Shown here: positions 56,702-64,000 of the stretch, one piece after another
Numbering within the stretch: position 1 is the stretch's first letter
How the letters are laid out: the number at the start of each line of letters is the position of its first letter
Assembly (NCBI GenBank): GCA_033344795.1
Contig: JAWPMS010000001.1
Location: forward strand, 2,344,507-2,408,506
Length of the DNA: 64,000 nt
Direction: 5' to 3'
Origin: Acidimicrobiia bacterium
GTDB taxonomy: Bacteria > Actinomycetota > Acidimicrobiia > Acidimicrobiales > SHLQ01
The notes under the pieces: generated by a model
What the model was told of the DNA's origin: nothing
Databases searched by the model: none
Seen by the model: only the letters and a program-made list of their open reading frames with translations
Position numbers and translations under genes: made by a program

Positions 56702-57403
56702 CTAGGTAGTCCGCGGCTCGTCAACCACGTCCGAAGCAGATGAGGCATCCGTCGGGTTCCGACCCGGCGGATGCCCAAGCGCGTGCAATTCGCGTGCCAG
56801 GTTCCGACGGGCGGCCGATTCCCAGAGGGATTGGGCGACCGGAGTGAAGAACAGCGAGTCCCTCTCTAAGAACTGGCGGAGAACGAGTGACCTTCCAACG
56901 CGGTAGTCGGCGTCGGTGACGAGGGCGTACTCCTTGCGAATCTGTTCGGCGTAGCGGTCATAGACACGTGGTTCAGCACCGAGGATGGAAAGGTCCGCAT
57001 CGAGGAACTCTGCGGCCCCATCGAGAGGCACAAGACGATGACCGTCGGTGGCGCGAATCAGGCTTGCCACTCGCTCCACCAACTCGGCTTCGCAGTCGGC
57101 CAGTTCCTGTTCAGCGAGCTGAGCGCTGCGTTCCTCGTTGGACTCGTTGCCAGGCGGCAACGGCGAGTCGTACACCGCGTCGTGGTAGAAGGCAGCCAAT
57201 CGAAGAGCAGGATCAGCTGATGGATCGAGCACATCGAGGTGGCTAAGCACGGCCTGAACATGCTGAGCGGTGTGGTAATGCCGCTGGGGTTCGCGATGTC
57301 GAGACAGCAACGCATGTATCGCATCCGGCGGCGCACCTACGGCTGCTGTCAGCCGCTGCCATTCAGAGACCAGGAAGGCTTCGGCGTCGGAGGAACCAGT
57401 CAC
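56702..57403 (-). CDS. HD-superfamily metal-dependent phosphohydrolase-like protein (COG4339-like)
   Basis: 233 aa. REPQRHYHTAQHV, AAFYHDAVYD, NEERSA, FLDADLSILG, IRKEY pattern. Its C-terminal tail coincides with the duplicated segment. Confidence 0.65.
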   Translation of the reverse strand: MTGSSDAEAFLVSEWQRLTAAVGAPPDAIHALLSRHREPQRHYHTAQHVQAVLSHLDVLDPSADPALRLAAFYHDAVYDSPLPPGNESNEERSAQLAEQELADCEAELVERVASLIRATDGHRLVPLDGAAEFLDADLSILGAEPRVYDRYAEQIRKEYALVTDADYRVGRSLVLRQFLERDSLFFTPVAQSLWESAARRNLARELHALGHPPGRNPTDASSASDVVDEPRTT

Positions 57404-57478
57404 AGCGACAACCGTAGATCGTGACGTACGGGCGTCTACTCCACGCTAGGAACTAGTTGCCCCTAGCTCGCAGACCCG

Positions 57479-57709
57479 TCAGTCGTCGAACAGTGGTGGG
57501 TAGACGGGCCCGTCGGCTGGGGCGGGGTCGAGGATCATGAAGGCGACCCCACGGTTGTTCGGGTAATCGGCGTTGGCCCACAGCCCTACGCGAGTCGCCG
57601 AGATCAGCCGCTTGAACGAGAGGTGGCTCAGGTCACCGTTGCGGATGGCGTCGCCGAGCACGAAGCCGTCGATGCCGGGTGCCGGGTCGCCCCCTCCGCA
57701 GATCGCCAT
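57479..57709 (-). pseudogene. truncated paralog of the CAP-like gene (C-terminal about 65 codons), inverted relative to 55850-56695
   Basis: IRNGDLSHLSFKRLISATRVGLWANADYPNNRGVAFMILDPAPADGPVYPP against IRNGDTSQLSFVRLISATRVGMAVKADCPNNRGVAFMILDPAPADGPAYPP. Confidence 0.55.
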
Positions 57710-57772
57710 GGCGCAGTCGTGCTCGCGCGCCGTTTTCGGAAACCATGATGAGAATAGGTGAACGCCTTAGCG

Positions 57773-60700
57773 TCAGACCGAACGGAGTGCGGCTAACTCG
57801 ATGCTCGCAGGGTGATCCTCGAGATAGCAGCGACGCAATTCAGGATCGGTGATCGAACGGGCAGTCGCGGTTTGAATCGATTGTGCTGTCGCGATTGCAT
57901 CGACCGCCCTCGAACCATCAGCTGCATGGAACGCAGCAGCGAGGTCCAGGTGCGTCGCGACCGGCCAAGGAAGTGCCGGCGCGTCGGGCGCCGCGAGCTC
58001 GACCATGACCTCGTCGGCCAGTGCGGCGGCGCTTTCGAGTTCGCCCAAGATGGCAGCTGACCGGGCGATCAGGGCCTTGCCGGTGAGCGCGAAGTGAGAC
58101 GCCTCGCGGTCGGCCGCGATCTCGACCAGTTCCTCTGCGGCGACGATCGCTTGTTCATGTCGTCCTCGGTCCTGGAGGTGACGCACCCACGGCGGCAGGT
58201 TGTACAAGAGGCCGTAGGTGAACTTCTGCGACCGGGTCAGGGCAATGCCCTCCACGAAATCGCGTTCGCCTTCCTCATGGCGCCCCAAGCCCACGAGGCA
58301 TTCGGCGTGTTGTGCCAATGCGTAACCCTCGACCTGCAAGTCACCCGTGGAGCGAAACAGGTCGAGAGCCGTTGCGGTGTGGCGGCGCGCCCTCTCGTAG
58401 TCACCAAGGAGGACCAGCGAGGCACCCACATTGATGTGCAGCGAAGCAAGCCGCTGCCGATTGCCAATTTTCTCTGTGAGAGACATCGCAGTCGAATCGG
58501 CCACATACGCTTCCCAAACTTTGTTCTGTTCGGCGTAGGTCGGGGCGAGATAGCTGTGGGTCAACGCCTGGGCGCGTACATCGTTGGCATGTTCGAACAG
58601 TTCCAACGCTTGCCGGTACACGGCTATGGCGTCGTCGAAGCTGCCGGTCGCTGACAGCAAGCGACCTCGCTGCAACAACGACCAAGCGCGTAGCTCGGGT
58701 TCGTCCAGATCATCGAGTTGGCTTTCGGTCGCCTCGAGCATCACTGACGCTCGGGTCAGGTCACCGTCGTAGAACGCCGACTGTGCTCGGTGCAGGTTCG
58801 CCCATGCTCGGTCTGCGTCGCGCGCCGGGGCTTCGGCCAACAGTTCGTCGATGCGATCACAAAGTTCATCGACGACCGCATCCTGACTGTCGACGGCGAG
58901 AAGGCGTGCGGTGATACGACGAAAGAACGCCTCGTCGTGGTCACCGTCCGGATCGAGACGACGCTCACGAATGGCGTCCGCCGCGTCGGAGGTCAGACCC
59001 GGCGCTTCGACGACGCGGCCAGCGAGCTCGAACAGGTACCCGACACCCATTGCCGCCGAGCCGAGCTCGGAGGTGAGGCCGTGTGCGAGCGCGTACCGCC
59101 ACGCCGCTCGGACGTTGTCGAGATCGCGCACGAGCCCGTCGCTCACGGTTGGCGCCTCGCCCGAGATCAGTGTCGCTTCGGCCTCGGCGACACGGCCGAG
59201 GAACCAACGCGCGTGGGCCGTTTCGGCCGCGACGCGATCGTCGAGGCGAGCTGCCGCCGACTGCCGGAGGAGTTCGTGAAACCGAAACCTGCGGCCGCCC
59301 TCTTCGACAAGCAGTGATTTGCGTGCGAGTCGGCTTGCTTCGTGGCCACTCGAGCCGATCAAGGCATGCGCAGCCTCGCTGTCGAACCCGTCGCGGGTCA
59401 CGCTTAGGTGAGCGAGCGCGCGTTGTTCGTCGGGCTCGAGTGTGGCCCACGAGTGCTCGAACACGGCGTCGAAGGTTCGGTGCCGGTCCGGGGCGTCGCG
59501 CAGCGCCTCACCAGGCAGGTCGATCTCGCTGTGGAGCATGGCGTTCAGGTCGCCAACGCTCAACGGTCCGATGCGCGCCGCCGTGAGCTCCAGGTGCAGC
59601 GGGATCCCCTCCAATAGGCGGCACAAGCGCCCGACCTCGTCGGGATCCTCGGCTGCCAGCGAGAACGTCTTGTCGACTCGATACGCGCGGTCGGCGAAAA
59701 GCCTCACGGCCGGTGATTCGGCAATGTCAGAAGCGCCAGGTTCTGGGGTCTCCAAACCGCAGAGAACGAAAAGATCTTCGCTGCTCACTTCGAGGGGCTC
59801 TCGCGACGTCGTAAGGAGTCGTAGCCCAGAACAGCCTTGAAGCAGGGCCACGACCGTGTCGCGTGCGTCATCTACGAGGTGCTCGAAGTTGTCGAGCACG
59901 AGGCACATGCGTTTGTCGCCGATCAGTTCGATCACGCGATCTCGGGGTTCGGCCGCGCTTTGGACCGCATCGGGAGCGATGGCGTCGAATACCGCCGACA
60001 ACATTTCGGCCTCGGAGGCGACCGATGCGAGTGAAAGGAAGAACACGCCGGCGGGGTGAGCTTCGACACTTGCCCTCGCAGCCTCGGCTGCGAGGCGAGT
60101 CTTGCCGACACCGCCCGGGCCCACGATCGTCATCAGGCGGTAGTCGCCACGCTTCAGTCGTTCGCCCAACAAGCTCAGCTCGAGTTCTCGACCGAAGAAC
60201 GGCGTCAGGTCGGTGGGAATGCCGACGGTTCTCGTCGTCTCCTCAGCGGGTGTTTGCGTCGTGCCGGCGACGATCTGATCGAGCACCGCAGTTGTGTCGG
60301 GTGAGGGTGTGAGGCCGAGCTCGTTCCAAAGAACGCTGGCGCACACCTCGTACTGCGCGTGGGCTGCAGCCGGTCCACTGATCGATGCCATCGCGATCAT
60401 CAGGTGTTGGTGCGCTACCTCGTGCCACGGTTCGATCTCGAGGATGCGCTGGGCGCAGTCGCGACACCGGGTGAGATCGTCAGCGCTTAGCGAGTCAGCG
60501 CTCGCCTTCGTCAACGCCTGCAACGCGGTCGCCTGGAGGTTCTGACGACGGGCGGCCGCCCAGTCCTCGAACAGTTCCGCTCCCTCGATGGTGAGAGCGT
60601 TGAGGAAGTCTCCTAGGTACCGATCCAACACGGCGTCGGCTTGTTCATCTGAGGCTGCGTCGTCGATCGTCGAGGCGTCGTAGTCCACCGATGTCGAGAT

Positions 60701-60994
60701 CCACACACGGTCACGATCGGCGCCGATGTGGTTGCCGGCCACCGCTCGGAGTCGCGTGAGCGCAACGCGAAGGTTGGCACGAGCGCGTTCGTCCGGCATA
60801 TCCGACCAGAGCAGGCCTGCTAAGACTCCCCGGCGAACGGGTCCGCCCGCGTCCGCCAGGTACACGAGCAACAGTGCGGCCTTGTCAGGTATCCGCGCAT
60901 CGACGCGTTGACCATCGATCGCAATTCGAAGATCGCCGAGGGCTGACACCCGAAGAGGCGTCGTCCTCGTTTGCTCTTGTTCCCCCGCACCCAC
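57773..60994 (-). CDS. SARP/AfsR-type transcriptional regulator (winged-helix + BTAD + NB-ARC P-loop + TPR)
   Basis: 1073 aa. N-terminal LRVSALGDLRIAIDG...ANLRVALTRLR, BTAD LDRYLGDFL, Walker A GPGGVGKTRLA, long C-terminal TPR-like repeats. Confidence 0.85.
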   Translation of the reverse strand: MGAGEQEQTRTTPLRVSALGDLRIAIDGQRVDARIPDKAALLLVYLADAGGPVRRGVLAGLLWSDMPDERARANLRVALTRLRAVAGNHIGADRDRVWISTSVDYDASTIDDAASDEQADAVLDRYLGDFLNALTIEGAELFEDWAAARRQNLQATALQALTKASADSLSADDLTRCRDCAQRILEIEPWHEVAHQHLMIAMASISGPAAAHAQYEVCASVLWNELGLTPSPDTTAVLDQIVAGTTQTPAEETTRTVGIPTDLTPFFGRELELSLLGERLKRGDYRLMTIVGPGGVGKTRLAAEAARASVEAHPAGVFFLSLASVASEAEMLSAVFDAIAPDAVQSAAEPRDRVIELIGDKRMCLVLDNFEHLVDDARDTVVALLQGCSGLRLLTTSREPLEVSSEDLFVLCGLETPEPGASDIAESPAVRLFADRAYRVDKTFSLAAEDPDEVGRLCRLLEGIPLHLELTAARIGPLSVGDLNAMLHSEIDLPGEALRDAPDRHRTFDAVFEHSWATLEPDEQRALAHLSVTRDGFDSEAAHALIGSSGHEASRLARKSLLVEEGGRRFRFHELLRQSAAARLDDRVAAETAHARWFLGRVAEAEATLISGEAPTVSDGLVRDLDNVRAAWRYALAHGLTSELGSAAMGVGYLFELAGRVVEAPGLTSDAADAIRERRLDPDGDHDEAFFRRITARLLAVDSQDAVVDELCDRIDELLAEAPARDADRAWANLHRAQSAFYDGDLTRASVMLEATESQLDDLDEPELRAWSLLQRGRLLSATGSFDDAIAVYRQALELFEHANDVRAQALTHSYLAPTYAEQNKVWEAYVADSTAMSLTEKIGNRQRLASLHINVGASLVLLGDYERARRHTATALDLFRSTGDLQVEGYALAQHAECLVGLGRHEEGERDFVEGIALTRSQKFTYGLLYNLPPWVRHLQDRGRHEQAIVAAEELVEIAADREASHFALTGKALIARSAAILGELESAAALADEVMVELAAPDAPALPWPVATHLDLAAAFHAADGSRAVDAIATAQSIQTATARSITDPELRRCYLEDHPASIELAALRSV

Positions 60995-61040
60995 GGGCAG
61001 ATCTTAGAGAACGATGGGCCGCATCCACGCTTCGAGGCAT

Positions 61041-61066
61041 CTGTAACGGTGCAGAAACGGTCGGTC
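61041..61066 (+). promoter_or_regulatory. 11-bp-phased direct repeat CTGTAACGGTGCAGAAACGGTCGGTC (candidate SARP box), copy 2
   Basis: Lies in the 119-bp divergent region between the SARP gene and the acyl-CoA ligase gene. Ends 47 nt before ATG 61114. Confidence 0.5.
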
Positions 61067-61113
61067 TGCAGAGTGGTTCGTAGCAGATCCAAACAGCAAG
61101 AAGGTGGGAACCA

Positions 61114-62691
61114 ATGAACACACAAATTCTGTACACCAGCCCGAATCCAGCTATCGAGATCCCGGAGACGTCGCTCCATGAACTGATCCTGGACGGTGCC
61201 CGCGGTCGGGCAGACTCGGTAGCGCTCGTCGACGCGATGAGCGGAGCGTCGCTGACATACGGTGACCTCGCCGGACAGATCGAGCGTGTCGCGGCCGGCC
61301 TCGTCGACGCCGGGCTCGACAAAGGGGACGTCGTCGCGATCATCAGCGCGAACTGCATCGAATACCCGGTCGCGTGCCTGGGGGTGATGGCCGCCGGTGG
61401 CGTCGTATCGGGCGTGAACCCGACCTACACGAGCGGTGAGCTCGTACACCAGCTCACCGATGCGGGCGCGACTAGAGCGATCGTTGCCGACATGTTCTTG
61501 CCCGCTGTCCAAGCGATCAAGGCCGACGCTGGGATTGATCAGATCTACGTCTTCGGAGCGGGTTCGGGAGACGGCGTTGAAGCATTCTCGAGTCTGGTTG
61601 ATCACGACCTGCCTGCCGCATCGGTTGGCGTTGACCCCGACGACCTCGCAGCCTTGCCTTACTCGTCGGGAACGACGGGACGGTCGAAGGGAGTTCGCCT
61701 CACCCACCGCAACCTCGTCGCCAACCTGCGGCAATCCAACGACATGCTGGCGCTCACATCCGACAACACGGTGATGGCGTTCCTTCCCATGTTTCACATC
61801 ATGGGATTCGCGGTCATCACGATGGGTGGTCTCGACGCAGGCGTCACACTCGTCACGATCCCGACGTTCGAGCCGCAGCTGTTCTGTCAGACAATCCAGG
61901 ATCACCGCGTCAACACGCTCTACGTCGTGCCTCCCGTGGTGAACTTTCTCGCCGGCCACCCGCTGGTTGACCAATACGATCTGTCGAGTATCGAGCTGCT
62001 CGGCAGCGGCGCCGCACCCTTGGGCGCAGACATGGAGGCCGCCGTGGCGGCGCGCCTCGGTTGCCTCGTTGGTCAGGGGTTTGGCATGACCGAGGTAGCG
62101 GGCACCTCGACCTTGCCTCGCAAGCTCGGGGAGGGGGTGTTCGACCTCCGCCCGGGTTCATCGGGTCAACTCATTTCCAGCATGGAGGCACTGATCATCG
62201 ACCCGGAGTCCGGCGAGTCGCTCGGTCCATACGAGACCGGTGAGTTGTGGGTCCGGGGGCCGAACTGCTTTGACGGCTACCTCAACAACGCAGACGCAAC
62301 AGCCGAGACGATCGACGGCGACGGCTGGTTGCACACCGGCGACTTGTGCCACTTCGACGACGACGGCTACCTCTTCGTGACCGATCGCCTGAAGGAGCTG
62401 ATCAAGGTCAAGGGCTTCCAAGTAGCGCCAGCTGAGCTCGAGGCGCTTCTGATCACTCATCCGAACGTGTCCGACGTTGCCGTTGTCGGACGCCCCGACG
62501 ATCGCTCTGGAGAAGTCCCCGTGGCGCACGTCGTGCCAAACGGTGAACTCGACATCGACGAACTTCGGCGTTGGGTGGCCGACCAGGTGGCCGACTACAA
62601 GCAGCTCGCCGATGTCGTGATTGCCGAGGCGATTCCAAAGAACCCATCGGGCAAGATCTTGCGCCGCGAACTTCGCTCGGCGGTGGTCTGA
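61114..62691 (+). CDS. AMP-dependent acyl-CoA synthetase/ligase (4-coumarate-CoA ligase-like)
   Basis: 525 aa. LPYSSGTTGRSKGV, GFGMTE, WLHTGDL, DRLKELIKVKGFQVAPAELE, PSGKILRR. Confidence 0.9.
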   Translation: MNTQILYTSPNPAIEIPETSLHELILDGARGRADSVALVDAMSGASLTYGDLAGQIERVAAGLVDAGLDKGDVVAIISANCIEYPVACLGVMAAGGVVSGVNPTYTSGELVHQLTDAGATRAIVADMFLPAVQAIKADAGIDQIYVFGAGSGDGVEAFSSLVDHDLPAASVGVDPDDLAALPYSSGTTGRSKGVRLTHRNLVANLRQSNDMLALTSDNTVMAFLPMFHIMGFAVITMGGLDAGVTLVTIPTFEPQLFCQTIQDHRVNTLYVVPPVVNFLAGHPLVDQYDLSSIELLGSGAAPLGADMEAAVAARLGCLVGQGFGMTEVAGTSTLPRKLGEGVFDLRPGSSGQLISSMEALIIDPESGESLGPYETGELWVRGPNCFDGYLNNADATAETIDGDGWLHTGDLCHFDDDGYLFVTDRLKELIKVKGFQVAPAELEALLITHPNVSDVAVVGRPDDRSGEVPVAHVVPNGELDIDELRRWVADQVADYKQLADVVIAEAIPKNPSGKILRRELRSAVV

Positions 62692-62693
62692 TC

Positions 62694-63542
62694 ATGGCGG
62701 CCCAGCCAATGAGTCAGCGCCCGCAGGTCGGCACGTTCACGACGGTCGAGGTCGTTGCCCAACTACGGGAGTCGGCAGACCGGTTTGCGAACCTGGTTCC
62801 ACGGATCACCGACGAGGCGGCGGTGTCACCCCACCTCCCGGACTGGCCGGTGAGCGAAATCGTGCGCCACGTCACGATCCTGCCGGACTACTACCAGGAG
62901 ATTGCCGCTGGCAACGCCGAGCTGATCGACGAGGCCACCGACATGGCGTCAAAGAACACGCAGAACATCGCCCGTATTGAAGGCCTTTCGCTTTCGGAGT
63001 GTGCAGAGCACATGATCCACGGGATCGATGCTTTCTGTCGGGTGGTCGAAGCGGACGATGGGCAGAGCCTCGTCGACTTCCACGCTGGGTCGACGGGAAC
63101 GCTGACCCAGATCGCAGCGATTGCCGTGGGGGAGTACGAAGTACATGGCCTCGACCTTGCGGCCGCGTTGGGCGTGCCATGGCAGATAGAGCGAAATGGT
63201 GCTGCGATGTGCATCCTCGGTGCGCTTCCCGTCGCCGGTACGCAGTGGCTCGACGCCGAGGCTGTCGCGGGCCACTCGGGGAGTTATCGGATCAAACTTC
63301 GTGGTGGCTCTGGTGCGGTCCACGTGAGCTTCAGCGATGGAGCAGCTCGGATCTGCGGATCGCCAGACACCGCAGCTTCGGAGCCAGCGTCCACGTTGAT
63401 AAGTGCAGACCCGGTCGCATTCCTGAAGGTGTTCTACCGCCGTCAATCGCAGTGGGCAGCCATTGCCCGGGCGCAGATGCTCTCGTACGGAACCAAGCCG
63501 CTACGGGCGCTGACGCTGAAGGACAAGTTCTTGCCAATCTGA
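62694..63542 (+). CDS. DinB/MDMPI-like (mycothiol-dependent isomerase N-terminal domain family) protein
   Basis: From ATG 62694, 2 nt after the ligase stop. N-terminal LRESADRFANLV...WPVSEIVRHV pattern. The track ORF from 62571 overlaps the ligase and was trimmed. Confidence 0.55.
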   Translation: MAAQPMSQRPQVGTFTTVEVVAQLRESADRFANLVPRITDEAAVSPHLPDWPVSEIVRHVTILPDYYQEIAAGNAELIDEATDMASKNTQNIARIEGLSLSECAEHMIHGIDAFCRVVEADDGQSLVDFHAGSTGTLTQIAAIAVGEYEVHGLDLAAALGVPWQIERNGAAMCILGALPVAGTQWLDAEAVAGHSGSYRIKLRGGSGAVHVSFSDGAARICGSPDTAASEPASTLISADPVAFLKVFYRRQSQWAAIARAQMLSYGTKPLRALTLKDKFLPI

Positions 63543-63604
63543 TGTGCGCCGTTCGGACCGTCGTCGCGTCATCGGAGTCAAAAACTTGCTGACCTCGCTG
63601 GAAT

Positions 63605-64000
63605 TCAACGGCGCATGCCGGCCACGAGGGCGGGAAGTGCGACCACAGTGGCGAGCCAGCTCAGCAGGATGATTCCAGCGAGGAACAAACCGACGATGAC
63701 ATAGGGCGTGAGTGACGATAGAAGCAGCGGAAGGAACCCGACAGCAACCACTGCCGCGTTCCGGGTGAGGGCCCGGGCTGGTTCTTCTGCGAAGGCGTTC
63801 ACCGCCGTCAGGCTGTCGCCGAGATCGGAGCGAAGTTCGCGAAAACGCTCGACGAAATGGATGGCGAAGTCGACGCCGATTCCCAGCACGAGTGTCGATA
63901 ACACGGCAATTGGCATGTCGTAGTCCTTGCCGATTGCGCCGATCGTTCCGTAGACGACCAGGATTGTCCAGAGCACCGGAGAGATGCCAATGACGGCCCA
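63605..64000 (-). CDS. MMPL/RND-family transporter, C-terminal fragment (gene continues beyond window end)
   Basis: LGIGVDFAIHFVERFRE and terminal TM helices typical of the MMPL C-terminal half. The reading frame is open to the window edge. Confidence 0.7.
   Translation of the reverse strand, partial: WAVIGISPVLWTILVVYGTIGAIGKDYDMPIAVLSTLVLGIGVDFAIHFVERFRELRSDLGDSLTAVNAFAEEPARALTRNAAVVAVGFLPLLLSSLTPYVIVGLFLAGIILLSWLATVVALPALVAGMRR

Noticed and set aside
60820-61974. 384-aa minus-strand ORF spanning the SARP/ligase intergenic region
   Set aside because: It overlaps the 5' end of the SARP gene out of frame and is antisense to the acyl-CoA ligase. No recognisable motif.

Overview
High-GC (hand-sampled lines about 62-65% GC) chromosomal window. 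The gene content looks actinobacterial: PAC2, an F420-type LLM oxidoreductase, a SARP regulator, MMPL, a mycothiol-type DinB/MDMPI protein and DUF2510/RDD. All calls come from reading the six-frame track and the DNA by eye. No database search was run, so family names are motif-based recognitions. Layout: (1) 1-8.2 kb is a cell-envelope cluster with an amidase, a TolB-like lipoprotein, a coiled-coil protein and two OmpA-domain proteins. (2) 8.2-8.9 kb holds glnB followed by an ArsC-family gene whose catalytic Cys codon is an in-frame TGA, making it a selenocysteine candidate. (3) 9-15.4 kb is housekeeping or miscellaneous: tag, HxlR plus a molybdopterin oxidoreductase, SRPBCC and HupE/UreJ. (4) 15.4-27.6 kb is a compact NRPS gene cluster. 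It has an acyl-CoA-dehydrogenase-like gene, a stand-alone A domain, a carrier protein and a 2659-aa C-A-T-C-A-T-TE synthetase. The first A domain of that synthetase is interrupted between core motifs A8 and A9 by a roughly 335-aa PP-loop (SGGKDS) ATP-pyrophosphatase/amidotransferase-like domain with a CxxC...CxxC zinc ribbon. This is the most unusual thing I see. (5) 27.6-46.8 kb is mostly core genes (HAD, M50 protease, AcuI-like reductase, PAC2, S9 peptidase, SDR, valS, an XDH-family Mo subunit, ACAD), plus a nested palindromic hairpin array and a perfect 51-bp in-frame tandem duplication. (6) 46.8-57.8 kb is a patchy accessory region. It contains a 3.4-kb insertion bracketed by 79-bp direct repeats of the ACAD 3' end and carrying a SMI1/KNR4 gene but no integrase. 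It also contains an ECF sigma/anti-sigma pair, a second duplicated gene 3' end next to a possible IS481-type transposase remnant, and inverted partial paralogs around an HD-domain gene. (7) 57.8-64 kb holds a 1073-aa SARP/NB-ARC/TPR regulator, an acyl-CoA ligase, a DinB/MDMPI-like protein and a partial MMPL transporter. An 11-bp-phased direct-repeat motif occurs twice, as expected for SARP boxes. I found no rRNA, tRNA or CRISPR array. Many long ORFs in the track are antisense or shadow frames of the high-GC genes and were rejected.
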